A stretch of DNA of 63,187 bases, counting the filler, from Salisapilia sapeloensis CBS 127946 (Eukaryota > Protista > Oomycota): assembly GCA_023334545.1 (NCBI GenBank). It is 17 parts of 17 records of this genome, joined end to end, with 100 filler letters (N's around TTAATTAATTAA, not from the genome) between each part and the next. Parts side by side here need not be neighbours in the genome. Positions count along the whole stretch, not along the records: positions 51,441 to 57,257 come from JAADVB010000588.1; positions 57,358 to 59,409 come from JAADVB010000973.1; positions 59,510 to 60,680 come from JAADVB010001272.1; positions 60,781 to 62,046 come from JAADVB010001221.1; positions 62,147 to 63,187 come from JAADVB010001342.1; 12 more parts are not named here. One strand, given 5' to 3'. Both the position numbers and the translations under genes were made by a program. Below, in pieces: positions 53,474 to 63,187 of this stretch (the stretch's first letter is position 1; each line of letters opens with the position of its first letter). The notes under the pieces were generated by a model that was not told where the DNA came from, did not search any database, and saw nothing but the letters and a program-made list of their open reading frames with translations.

Positions 53474-55649
53474 TCGCAGACATAGAAGCAAAGCTGTACA
53501 AGAATATACGTAGATATAGATATATGTACATATATCAGAGTACACTCCACTAGGCAATTAATATATTACAGTCGTTTGCATTGAGTGGATAATCGGGTAT
53601 TATGCAAGCAATTATAGGCATTATGGAAACAAACGTGGATGGATTATAATAGAAATCATTACCTGAGTCTTTGGTGGCTCGTCCTAATCTTATGTCGCTA
53701 TTTACCTTTCTATTCCTATCCACGTACAGCGTCCATTCCTCTGTCATGTCTTGACGGGGAATCGTGTCGAGCGTATCCTCAGAAGCCCTTCAGGTTGAAG
53801 CGTCATTCGATCTACTTGCAACATTGAGTTTTTTGCCAATTCACTGGGACGGCGTACAGTGCGAGTCACAAATATCACTTAACTATTTCGTTCACCACTG
53901 TACTCTGTCTGTTCCGAAATAAAAGCGAAGGGCTCATTAGCGCAACTAAAGGGAAGAGCTCACCAAGTCTTTCGCGCGCTTTTTCAAATTTGCACATTTC
54001 GAGCACCAGGCGTGGTTTGGAGTCTTCTCGAAGATCGTTTCCTCATGATTGCATGAAAGACGAACGACCTGGTGCTTTTTTACTCCTAGTTTGGAGGGAA
54101 AGCTATATTGAAGTGTTGAGTTATGTTTCCATAGCATGTAGCGACTCCGAACCGGCAATTCTCAGCGAACAAGGAGTTGCCCGATTCGATTAACATAACT
54201 AGAATAACAAGAGGTAAATCCTCAAGATTGCCTAATCAGTATCTAGCGCGAACACGGCCTTAATTATCATTCTTTGTTGAAAGAAAAAATGAAAGTATTT
54301 TACGAGCCCTAGGTAAAAGCACAGGGCATCACGACTTATGCTAAATGAATTGGATGGGGTATTTTACTCGGCAACGTAGTACGTATCTATCTATGCGACT
54401 ATCACTTAATTAGTACGGGAAGACCGGCAAGATACACCACTCGGACCGTAACATATTCGCAACGTTTTAAGAGAATCAAAGTAGGCTAACTTTTTTGCTA
54501 CATCAAGCTTATTGGGTAAAACTGACTGGAGGTACACATCTTCATGTCTCGACTTGCTTTATGTGTTCGGTTCGAGATGACTGCATCTTTGATATCCATC
54601 GCGCGAAACGTTTTTCCGGTTCAAATTCCTTGTCAGTGTCATTATATCCAATAAGTTGACTCCAAATTCGACTTTTTGCCTATCACAATGTGCGGTATCC
54701 TAGGCAAGAACGTACGAAGATTGTATCCTGCACGTCCTTCTCCCATTGACTTGTGACTACACTAGGAACAAGATGTTTTCGTGCAAAGTATTCGAATTGA
54801 TTCGAGGATCTGTCAGCATTTATTCCATGTCAATAACACTTTTTCGCGACGTAGTACGTCCGATCGCATCGTACACGAGCATGTACAAGGAAAGTAGAAT
54901 TATACAAACGCACCCAGTCGAACCTGCCTCTCGCCTCCTTGTTTTCCGTATCCACAGTATCGTCCATATCTTATTATAGTCTCCTTTAAAACCTTCAACG
55001 TGGAGCTCGGTCAGACAACAAAGCCAGTTTATACAGCTAACAAGGTATGCTTCATCATTCATTCTGGTCATAGAAACCTTGTTATCAACAAAATGAAGGC
55101 ACCAGTACATGCATCCTACATCATTCTAATGCTAGACCGAGATGACCGATCGCGTGCTTTCCAGAGCACATTTCTATCCAATAGCTCCTGTTGCGTTACA
55201 CTTGCATGCACCGTCTCGTGCGTTGATAGAACGCTTGCATCTGGACAAAACTTTTGTCTACTAGTGGGTTCACGCGCATGCCGTCCCGTCCTTCCTTTCG
55301 CCCACCTCAAACCTCCTCTCTTTTAGCCTCTACTCATTACCTAGCACCTCCCTACCTCTACATTGACGATGACGCATATCTAGTTTACTCGGTCTTGCGT
55401 GCTCTTACGCCATGAAACACACAAGACGTTCCTCTACGAATTTATATCGACCATCTGTATCCCATCCATACCCTTCTTTTCTTCCAATAAAAAGCTCGTC
55501 TACTAAGAAACCCCCCCACACCTATCAACCTGCGAGTACCTTCGGCCATTCGCCATTCGCCATCCAGAGCTATAGACATCGTCTCACGCCATCTCTATCT
55601 TCCGCCGTAACTTGTCTACAACACTGCGACGTCCATCGTCTTGTCGGAA

Positions 55650-56096
55650 ATGAAGCAGCTTTCGCCAAGCCATTTATACGCTACGCCGTTAGCTCGCACA
55701 AGAGCTCGGAGCAGTGGAGACGCCGTCTCGCGTACGATGCGTTCACCAGCAACTACGGACGGCATGACGAGATCTCGGGAGGCACCTGCGGCACTCAGCT
55801 CGACCTACCGTCTGCCATTCCCGCCGATGCTCAAGCGCCAGGCGTCGAGCCCAGTCGATCGCCGACTTGTCTGTAGCAGCTTATCCAGTGAACACGGCGC
55901 CCATGCATCCGGCCGCATCTTCAAGACAGAGGCGTTAAGTATCCTTCGTGGCATTTTCTACATCCTCCTAGCTCGTTTCGCTCTCGCGATTTTCATCGCA
56001 GTCCTAGTACTCGGTGGCGTCGGCTACGCCGTGCTACTCGCAACGGAGCCAGAGCTATCCATACGTAGCGTCCTCGCGGCTCAACTCGGACTCTAA
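55650..56096 (+). CDS. Hypothetical protein with a C-terminal transmembrane segment
   Basis: ATG-initiated 148-aa ORF; low-complexity S/R-rich N-half and hydrophobic GIFYILLARFALAIFIAVLVLGGVGYAVLLA. Confidence 0.4.
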   Translation: MKQLSPSHLYATPLARTRARSSGDAVSRTMRSPATTDGMTRSREAPAALSSTYRLPFPPMLKRQASSPVDRRLVCSSLSSEHGAHASGRIFKTEALSILRGIFYILLARFALAIFIAVLVLGGVGYAVLLATEPELSIRSVLAAQLGL

Positions 56097-56148
56097 TATT
56101 TAAATACAACCGAAGAGATGCCCATGTGAATGTGTCGTTGCAACTAGA

Positions 56149-57054
56149 TTAAGCGTTTAAAAAGGAGTGCGTAAGCACCATAGCGCGTGGGTGGAGAGGA
56201 AGAGAGTAGTGCGTCGCGGCCATGACTTCATGCCGGTGTTCTTGTGGCAAGGTCGTTTCCTCTACCTTGACAAGACCGTCGTTCGGGTACTGTGCTTGGT
56301 TGAACGGGTTTAGACATAGTTTCCCAGCGATGACCAACGGGTAGCATCGTGCAGGGAGTTTGCCCAGGCGAGTGTCCAATGCGAGGGCTTCCAAGTGTGC
56401 CAGTTCCTCTGCGGCAGTCCCTCCGTACCCAGCAACGCCCACGAGACTCTTCATCGATCGAAAGTAGCGCAGTCTACTTGCATTTAGTAGTTTTGTCAGG
56501 AGGAGGAAAGAAGAAGGAGATACCCTCGATTGGGAGGAGCTAACATGACTACTTTCGACTTGATGTCGTTCCATTCGAGATGGAGAAAAGCTTCCTACCG
56601 TATCTGTATCTATTAGTCTACTGTTGAATGCTACTAGTCCATGTAGACAGACTCGAAGGACGAGAGCGCCATAGCCGTGCGTGACAAAGTCGATGCCTTC
56701 GACGCTCGTGTGCGGCTTTTGGAGACGCATGAGCTCCGCGAGTCCTATGGCCAGGGCTCAGCTATTCGATAGAGCTGGTATAGATGCAAGAGCTTCAAGC
56801 TACCTTCTCCAGCTTCTTGCAGTGTCTATGAAGTGCCTGTGAACATCCTGATCATCGCTTTATCATAGCCATGATGCGTCGGATACCTGCGTACGAGGTC
56901 GATATCGATAGTTTTCAATGCTCAAGTCACTTCCATAACGCAAGTACATTTCCAATGGCTGCAGTGGCCATCGACCGCCATAGAGATCAGGTACTGTGAT
57001 CACTATACCCTTCGTAACGGCCTTGCTACCTCGTGTCAGGGCCGCTGCTGCCAT
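56149..57054 (-). CDS. Alpha/beta-hydrolase-fold protein (lipase/PGAP1-like), nucleophile Ser replaced by Gly
   Basis: Exons 57054-56887, 56825-56804, 56744-56653, 56594-56524, 56473-56149 join in frame: IDFVTHGYGALVLR, VVMLAPPNRG, LVIAG, PNDGLVKVEET, ATHYSL. Confidence 0.75.
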
Positions 57055-57116
57055 CTTCCTCGGGTGAGAAATGTATCGCTACAAGCGCATACAAAACACA
57101 AGTGAATTCCGGATTC

Positions 57117-57257
57117 ACTTGGACTCAGTATGCTCTCTATCCGCTGGACTGCACACGCACAAGTCGAATAGCGAGGCGGAAGCATGGGCTGGAGCAAGCA
57201 CAAGAAGATCCTGTCGATGGCCAAGGGCTATCGTGGTCGTGCGAATTCGTGCTACCG
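57117..57257. repeat. 141-bp terminal inverted repeat, right arm (partner 51441-51581)
   Basis: Exact reverse complement of 51441-51581. Confidence 0.95.
57184..57257 (+). CDS. MRPL20: Mitochondrial ribosomal protein bL20m, first 24 codons (copy 2)
   Basis: Identical to copy 1, in the opposite orientation. Confidence 0.75.
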
Positions 57258-57700
57258 NNNNNNNNNNNNNNNNNNNNNNNNNNNNNNNNNNNNNNNNNNN
57301 NTTAATTAATTAANNNNNNNNNNNNNNNNNNNNNNNNNNNNNNNNNNNNNNNNNNNNGGTCGGGGAGTTTGTTTTTCTTTATGCTCTAGTTCACCAGCAT
57401 TATACAGACCGGCTAGCTTTGCAGGCTGGCATACGAGTAGCGAACGCCGGAACAGAAATACACACCCTAAACATATAGGCATCAGAGTACGTCACTGCCC
57501 TTAAATGTATGCCTGTGATGTCCGCATCTTGTAATACTACCTAGGCTTTTACAGCGATTTAACTTTGTGCTAGCGGGCTTTTTAGTGGCATTCGATACTC
57601 TCGTCTCCACCTTTACAAGATAGTAACAAATGGTGTATTCTCAGCCAGAAACGACCGACTTCATTTACACTTTAACGAGGAAAGGTCAAGCAAAAGTACC

Positions 57701-58150
57701 ATGAAAGCGTTCCTTGGGATGCTTCGGAATAAACTCCGCGGAAAGAATGGAGAAGTAGCGACATCAGAAGCATTGGCAAACAAGAAAGTTATCGGACTGT
57801 ATTTTAGCGCGAGTTGGTGCGGTCCCTGCAGAGGCTTTACGCCAGTGCTTACCGATATATACAACAAACTTGTTCAGCAGCATCCGGACTTTGAGATTAT
57901 CCTCGTTCCTGCAGACCGAGATGTCCAGAGCTATGAAGCCTACTACGCGACCATGCCTTTCCTCTCCGTCCCATTCGAGCTTGCTCCGATTAGAGAGTAT
58001 CTGAATAGCAAGTATGACGTGAGTACGATCCCTCACCTTGTTTTTCTCAATGAAAATGGCGAAATCATCACAAAGGACGGGCGTGATCTAGTCGTGCAGG
58101 TTAATGGGGATACAAACGCCCTCTGGAACAGACTAAGTAGGAGCTTGTAA
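57701..58150 (+). CDS. Nucleoredoxin/tryparedoxin-like thioredoxin
   Basis: KKVIGLYFSASWCGPCRGFTP, FEIILVPADR, IPHLVFLNENGEIIT. Confidence 0.92.
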   Translation: MKAFLGMLRNKLRGKNGEVATSEALANKKVIGLYFSASWCGPCRGFTPVLTDIYNKLVQQHPDFEIILVPADRDVQSYEAYYATMPFLSVPFELAPIREYLNSKYDVSTIPHLVFLNENGEIITKDGRDLVVQVNGDTNALWNRLSRSL

Positions 58151-58849
58151 ACTTCGAAGCATGGCGAAGCAGTTTGCTGCATGCTAGAGACGAAACACGT
58201 TTATTTCAGTGCTAGGATCCATCTCTATCCTTTTGTAGAAACGTGAGAGGCTATCGCCTTTGATGTCATGAATGACTAGTTTTACAAGCTATATCGTTGT
58301 CTGCTTTTAGTAGGTGCAACGATGAAGTCTTACACGGTATCTTGTCGTACCCAGAGCATTAGATTTATACCGAGATCTCACCTTCGCGAACTCCGTCTTA
58401 CTAATAAGTAGGAATTGTACTTCAAATTGCATGGTCTTAAGGTGTTGTTTTATAACTCATATATTGGCATTATACAGAGTGATTCTCCATCAAGGTTATG
58501 ATTCTCGACGAAAAGCACAACAATTTATCAAGTAAGCATGAGCATATCATTTGATTTTCCTTTTATTATCTTCTCATACCCTTTTCTTTTTCTCAAAGGC
58601 TAACCCACCAGCAACCTTCTCGTAACTTTAATTTTGGAGGTTTCCATTTGATTCTCGGCACGATATTTCCTCAAGCTATCCCAGTCTATCCGATTATAAC
58701 TTAATAGTAGCAATCTAAATGTTAATCCGACCTAAGGAGGCTCTTTCAATAGGATGATTCAATTCACTACACTATATTTCCTTTCCTATAACCTAGACCA
58801 TATAGTGTGTTTTCTGTACTAGCAAAGTGGACACTTATTCACAAAGCGT

Positions 58850-59409
58850 GCATTCTGGACGAGACCAATTGTAGTTCTACTGGAAATCTAAAGTAAGTCC
58901 GTGCTTGGAGAGAAAATTCAGTGTTGTATTAGTGTTCGCTCTACTCTTCTTAACTTGATTCTAACTTAGTATATGAAATGGATTGTTGGTAACAATACCC
59001 CAGAAAACAACTTGTATCCCAGTCAACTCTTCAATCGCGTTGCTGGGTTCCAATAAGTTCATTCGCATACATAGACACATGATGTTTACTCCGTAAGGAT
59101 AGAAAGTGAGGTATATTGATGTCGAATTTGTAGTGTTTAGTCTAGGGGCAATAGACTTTACATCTAGCTGTCTTTTTCGGTATAAGCTTGCAGCGAATCA
59201 AGAGCAATTTCAGCAGGTACAGAAAGTGTACCTGCTAGCTGACCATCAGATCCTCAAATCCTCAAATTAAATTTGTCCCGCTCCCTCATACTCAACTGAC
59301 TGACTCTTTTGCTGGTACGATAATGCGTGGTGCCGATCTCTTACTATACGCTGCCATTTTCGCAGTCTCCATCTCATCAAGCTTATCACAAAGCGGAGAT
59401 GGTGGTATA
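58850..59409 (-). mobile_element. Possible highly decayed Ty1/copia integrase remnant
   Basis: Stop-riddled frames give DWDTSCFLGY and GLVQNARFVN, resembling the copia KLD..A..C.FLGY and SRDV.F motifs in the right order. Weak. Confidence 0.3.
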
Positions 59410-59526
59410 NNNNNNNNNNNNNNNNNNNNNNNNNNNNNNNNNNNNNNNNNNNNTTAATTAATTAANNNNNNNNNNNNNNNNNNNNNNNNNNNNNNNNNNN
59501 NNNNNNNNNAGACCAGACAGCATCGC

Positions 59527-60240
59527 TCATTCGAACAGACACTGGATCGCGACAGTGGCACTGACGATTCCACCGATTTCCGGAATGAGGCCAAGAGCAA
59601 TGCCGAAGCTCTTCCCAACGTTGCTACAGCCTTCACTGTTTCCGGTTTGGTATTCGCTCAGAGTGACTTGAAAGAATTCCGGGCGCAATCTCCCGTCATC
59701 CTCATACACATTGACGCGCATGATCGAAGGGACGTTGTGGCCCCAGTGCTGCGCGGCGCACTTGTTCGTGCCAGTAGGGCAGTTTTGGTTGTTGCTCACA
59801 CAGTCGCCCGTGACCTCGGGGACAATGATCGACCACCCCGTCGGGTTCGTGACCTTCTGGACACCTTCCCACATGGTGTGGATCATCAGATCACGGAACT
59901 CCCATCCGTTCAGTTTCGCCGACGGAGCTGTGCCGTATTCACCCTTGCCCGACGCGAGGAAGCTGATGTCACCCTCTGGCAGTGACATGGGTGGCAAAAA
60001 CCCACTCGCACAAACGTTCTTGGTGTAGGCGGACGATGTGTACTGATAGAGGCCACCCGTGGTATCGAAGTTGTTGTACGCCAGGGAGTAGTAGATCCAT
60101 TCCAGATTGGAGTCACCGGCGTTGATCCACTTGCCTCCGTACTGGAACTTGAGATACAGCGACTGCGCAGGCTGCACGGAGTTGCTGAACACAAGCATCA
60201 GCAGGAAGACTGCCGGCATCATCAACGTGGAAAGCGTCAT
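59527..60240 (-). CDS. Orphan secreted protein, 237 aa, six Cys, Gly-rich hydrophobic C-terminus
   Basis: Signal peptide MTLSTLMMPAVFLLMLVFSNSVQPAQS; intronless; C-terminal GCSNVGKSFGIALGLIPEIGGIVSATVAIQC. Confidence 0.8.
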   Translation of the reverse strand: MTLSTLMMPAVFLLMLVFSNSVQPAQSLYLKFQYGGKWINAGDSNLEWIYYSLAYNNFDTTGGLYQYTSSAYTKNVCASGFLPPMSLPEGDISFLASGKGEYGTAPSAKLNGWEFRDLMIHTMWEGVQKVTNPTGWSIIVPEVTGDCVSNNQNCPTGTNKCAAQHWGHNVPSIMRVNVYEDDGRLRPEFFQVTLSEYQTGNSEGCSNVGKSFGIALGLIPEIGGIVSATVAIQCLFE

Positions 60241-60780
60241 CGTCTTCTTGATCTATATGTGGCCACGCAGGTACAGATCTGGTAGTGAATAACCAGTTAA
60301 ATGAACAGGCGGGCGGACAGAATGTAGCAGCGTTACCTTGCGAGGGTTCTTGCGACGTCTGAAAGCGGTGTGCTCACAAATGTCGATGGCGAAGCAAATT
60401 TGAGAATGACTGAAGAGGGATCGCATATCGTGACAGGAGTGGAGCGACCTCGCCTACTCTGCTCATCTGGAGATTCAAGTCAATCGAACCAGACACCTTA
60501 TCCCGGAGGATTGAGTGCAAGTACAAGCGGCTTTGTTACTTTACCCAGCCGTGGGCCGGATCTCTGCTTATCTGGAACGAACGGCCAAACAAACTTCAGG
60601 GTCTAGTTACATTGGCTGCAACGAGGTGAGAGATGCCTCCCGAGGTGATTGGTGCGGTTGAATCGCACTAGAGTGTGCCTNNNNNNNNNNNNNNNNNNNN
60701 NNNNNNNNNNNNNNNNNNNNNNNNTTAATTAATTAANNNNNNNNNNNNNNNNNNNNNNNNNNNNNNNNNNNNNNNNNNNN

Positions 60781-60844
60781 CCTGAAGAGCTCTTGAGCTC
60801 ATTATTCTAGTATTAATATATAATGAGCTCAAGAGCTCTTCAGG
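60781..60844 (+). repeat. Perfect 25-bp stem, 14-nt loop hairpin with TAGTATTAA in the loop
   Basis: Arms 60781-60805 and 60820-60844 are exact reverse complements; loop TCTAGTATTAATAT. Confidence 0.95.
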
Positions 60845-60975
60845 AATACCACCACCAACTATGGGGGATAATAAAGAACTACTTCGTAGTCCTTCATACT
60901 CTAAGAATAGACAATTAATAGATATGAAGAGCAACGTGTATAAGGAAGACAAAAAAGAAAATAATAAAGTACATT

Positions 60976-61782
60976 CTATTCCTGGAATTGCAACCGAAAG
61001 TGTTCCTCTAAATCGCCTACGAAATCCCAGTAGACAAAGTCTTCATCTCCCGCTTCCGTCCGCTGTGCCAAATACTCTTGTTGAGCAAGACGCTCATTAT
61101 ATAAAGCAATAGCAAACATACCGTTAGAAGCTGGGGGCGTGTCCACTTGTGTACTTTCGGGCGAACAATGCAAGTCGGCGGCTTGTTCCAAAACGCTCTG
61201 GAAATCGGCATCATCATCGGCTTCTTCTTCAGCTGGGAGAACAACTTCTTCTCTTGTGCCTTGAGGTGGGATCGATCGTCTCGCAAGCGCACGCAATGGA
61301 CGTGTAGCTTCTGGTTGAAACATGCGTTGGACCACGTCTTCATCATCACTGCTGCTGTCCAGCCTCAGCATCTCGTTATTGGGTATGTTGGCTAGCCGTT
61401 CCAGTCTTCGAATATGCTGCAGGAGCATGTGACGCTCCGACGCTCGCGTTCTTCTTCGCAAAACCTCCGATCGAGCTTCTGCCTCCATGCGTAAAGTCTG
61501 CTCTCGATCTCTTCGTCGCGCTTCTCGTTCCCTGGACAGTTGTACCGACACCGTATACACGTCTTCAGTGGAACGTTGTAATTCGGCTTGAAGGCGAATC
61601 TGGCTCTGGCGGAGCCGATCAATGGTGTCTTCTTGGGTTGTGATCTTCGCGAATGCTGCATCCCGGTCTTCACTCATCCAGTTTTGTAGCAGGAAGACGG
61701 CCAGAGAGTCGTTCGAGGTTTTCATCTCAATAGTCGGGGCGTGCAGTCGCTTTAGGAAACTCTTCGGGAGTCCTTTCGGCAT
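60976..61782 (-). CDS. Orphan 268-aa coiled-coil/acidic protein of the hairpin element
   Basis: ATG preceded by TCATTTTAGAATTTT (Inr/FPR-like). Central coiled coil, acidic linker, aromatic C-terminus DEDFVYWDFVGDLEEHFRLQFQE. Conserved in the second copy. Confidence 0.8.
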   Translation of the reverse strand: MPKGLPKSFLKRLHAPTIEMKTSNDSLAVFLLQNWMSEDRDAAFAKITTQEDTIDRLRQSQIRLQAELQRSTEDVYTVSVQLSREREARRRDREQTLRMEAEARSEVLRRRTRASERHMLLQHIRRLERLANIPNNEMLRLDSSSDDEDVVQRMFQPEATRPLRALARRSIPPQGTREEVVLPAEEEADDDADFQSVLEQAADLHCSPESTQVDTPPASNGMFAIALYNERLAQQEYLAQRTEAGDEDFVYWDFVGDLEEHFRLQFQE

Positions 61783-63187
61783 AGGTAGAAAATTCTAAAA
61801 TGAAACGTTCTGTGGTCCAGTAGTTCAAGTTCTTCCAATCTTGTGTTTGGAAGCAGATCAGATTTCTCACCCACTATTACCCATCATCAACGGTGTCGCA
61901 AGATTTGTAACGATCCAATAGGAAAGGGGATCAGATGTGTAACCTGGTCCGACCAGATTAGTCCGAGGTCTAATCATACATACATTCATACCATCATTCA
62001 GGCAATCATTCCTACTCGGAATGCATGTTCAGAAACATCCTTGTGANNNNNNNNNNNNNNNNNNNNNNNNNNNNNNNNNNNNNNNNNNNNTTAATTAATT
62101 AANNNNNNNNNNNNNNNNNNNNNNNNNNNNNNNNNNNNNNNNNNNNCCCCTCGCCGCAGTGCAGTACCAAAAGAGATGTGACAAACGGAGTCGCCTGGGT
62201 TCCTGCTTATTAGTGCGGCACGTCTTATGGGGACAGCCGGCCCCGATATCACGCCAACTACGGTCATTCCGTGACCAGCATGACGCGATATACGCGACTT
62301 CTAGTGGGTGGCGTCGGTTTCCTACTATGACTACTTCTAGTGAAACATGGGCCCGACAACTATCAACGACATTGAAGGGAGCAGAAGCACTTCACCGCAG
62401 ATATCTTGCACGGCACTGGGGAACGCTATTGTTTTATTGGACCGGCTCATGTTCGCGACTGCAGATTAATCTGGCCGAAAATAAGCTTGGCGAGTTACTC
62501 GATGACGCCAATCGTGGCATTTACGGATGACGCGAAACGCATAGCCGACGTACCATTCATCGCTCTACTTTCCTGTTGCATTCCAGGACAGTCAGTCTTG
62601 AGCATCAAACAAGCAAGTGGCATCGTCGCCGTTTATTAACCATAGAAGGTGAATGACTACACCCAGCGTACCTCGGTGCCACACTAAGCAGGCACAGCCG
62701 CCAGCGGGATGCTACTTACTTTCTTAGCTTTCTATTTCGTTCATTTCACTCAGTTTCCTTTCTATTGATCTTCAGGACGTATATTGAAGTTGAACCTTGA
62801 AGTAAGCGTGAAGGTCAATGGACATCTAGAAAATTAGTAACTTTCTAGTCGTGAATATATATGTTTTCATTCGAGAACTTGCATTCTACTCCAGAAGCCT
62901 AGAAGTTTCATTACTTTCTTTCGGGCTTGGACTGGAACCAAGACCCCAGTCTGGCCCCGAGCTACGACCCCGGGTGTGCTTGCTTCAAGTAGATCTCGAT
63001 GCGATGTTGCTGCCGCGCGACATCGGGTGTAGCTAGATGACTACATTAATCCATTCATTCATTCAATAAATTTTGGCGATCGACAGGATACGTTCAAATG
63101 TATATAATCATTAGAAAAGATGAGCCCAAAGACGAAGAGAAATGTAGGTTACCAGTACTCGACGTGAAGACGTGGAGCGGTGTGAGG

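Larger units (their letters stand above)
60781..61961 (-). mobile_element. Unclassified single-ORF hairpin element, copy 2
   Basis: Homologous to 33568-34737; intact ORF 61782-60976; complete 25-bp stem-loop at 60781-60844. Confidence 0.7.

Noticed and set aside
53900-54200. NIAFPPN segment on the minus strand resembling a pogo/Tc5 DDE motif (FLPPN)
   Set aside because: Single degenerate motif among many stops; the QPLD motif that should follow is absent.
54900-55000. YGRYCGYG on the minus strand resembling the secretory phospholipase A2 calcium loop
   Set aside because: No CCxxHD catalytic motif in any downstream frame.
133-63036. The many 60-250-aa ORFs overlapping the genes above on the opposite strand or in other frames
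   Set aside because: Shadow ORFs of real coding sequence, with no motifs of their own.
63074-63089. TGGCGATCGACAGGAT after AATAAA, resembling a tRNA-Ser PBS downstream of an LTR
   Set aside because: No CA terminus before it, no second LTR copy, and the following ATG frame stops after 15 codons.
62147-63187. Short ORFs in the last contig
   Set aside because: No recognisable motif in any frame; probably decayed repeat, and I cannot support a call.

Overview
This is not a contiguous locus. It is 17 separate contigs joined by an artificial 100-nt spacer (44 N + TTAATTAATTAA + 44 N), so gene neighbourhoods across spacers carry no meaning. The DNA is from a gene-dense eukaryote with short GT-AG introns (about 40-90 nt). 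The gene content (GPCR-inositol phosphatase fusion, START-FYVE family, GH17 glucanase, oomycete-type Inr/FPR promoter) points to an oomycete-like stramenopile (inference). Housekeeping genes include CaMKK, TOP3B, EMC2, TMF1, TRM112 (five small exons, missed by the ORF track), NUG1/GNL3, acyl-CoA oxidase, type II PI4K, MGRN1-like RING ligase, NEK2-like kinase, MFSD1-like transporter, two PP2C phosphatases, nucleoredoxin and bL20m. Transposon debris includes Ty3/gypsy, MULE and PIF/Harbinger. The most unusual item is a ~1.2-kb element present twice (33568-34737 and 60781-61961). It has one orphan coiled-coil ORF, iteron-like repeats, and a perfectly conserved 25-bp-stem hairpin whose loop reads TAGTATTAA, one base from the CRESS-DNA-virus nick nonamer. 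Other leads are a Cys-less pentameric ligand-gated channel with no signal peptide, a prepro-type Trp/Arg-rich cationic peptide, an orphan secreted protein, a complete -1 frameshift/pseudoknot signal, and two contigs bounded by exact 141-bp inverted repeats. All family assignments come from motif recognition by eye; no database searches were run.
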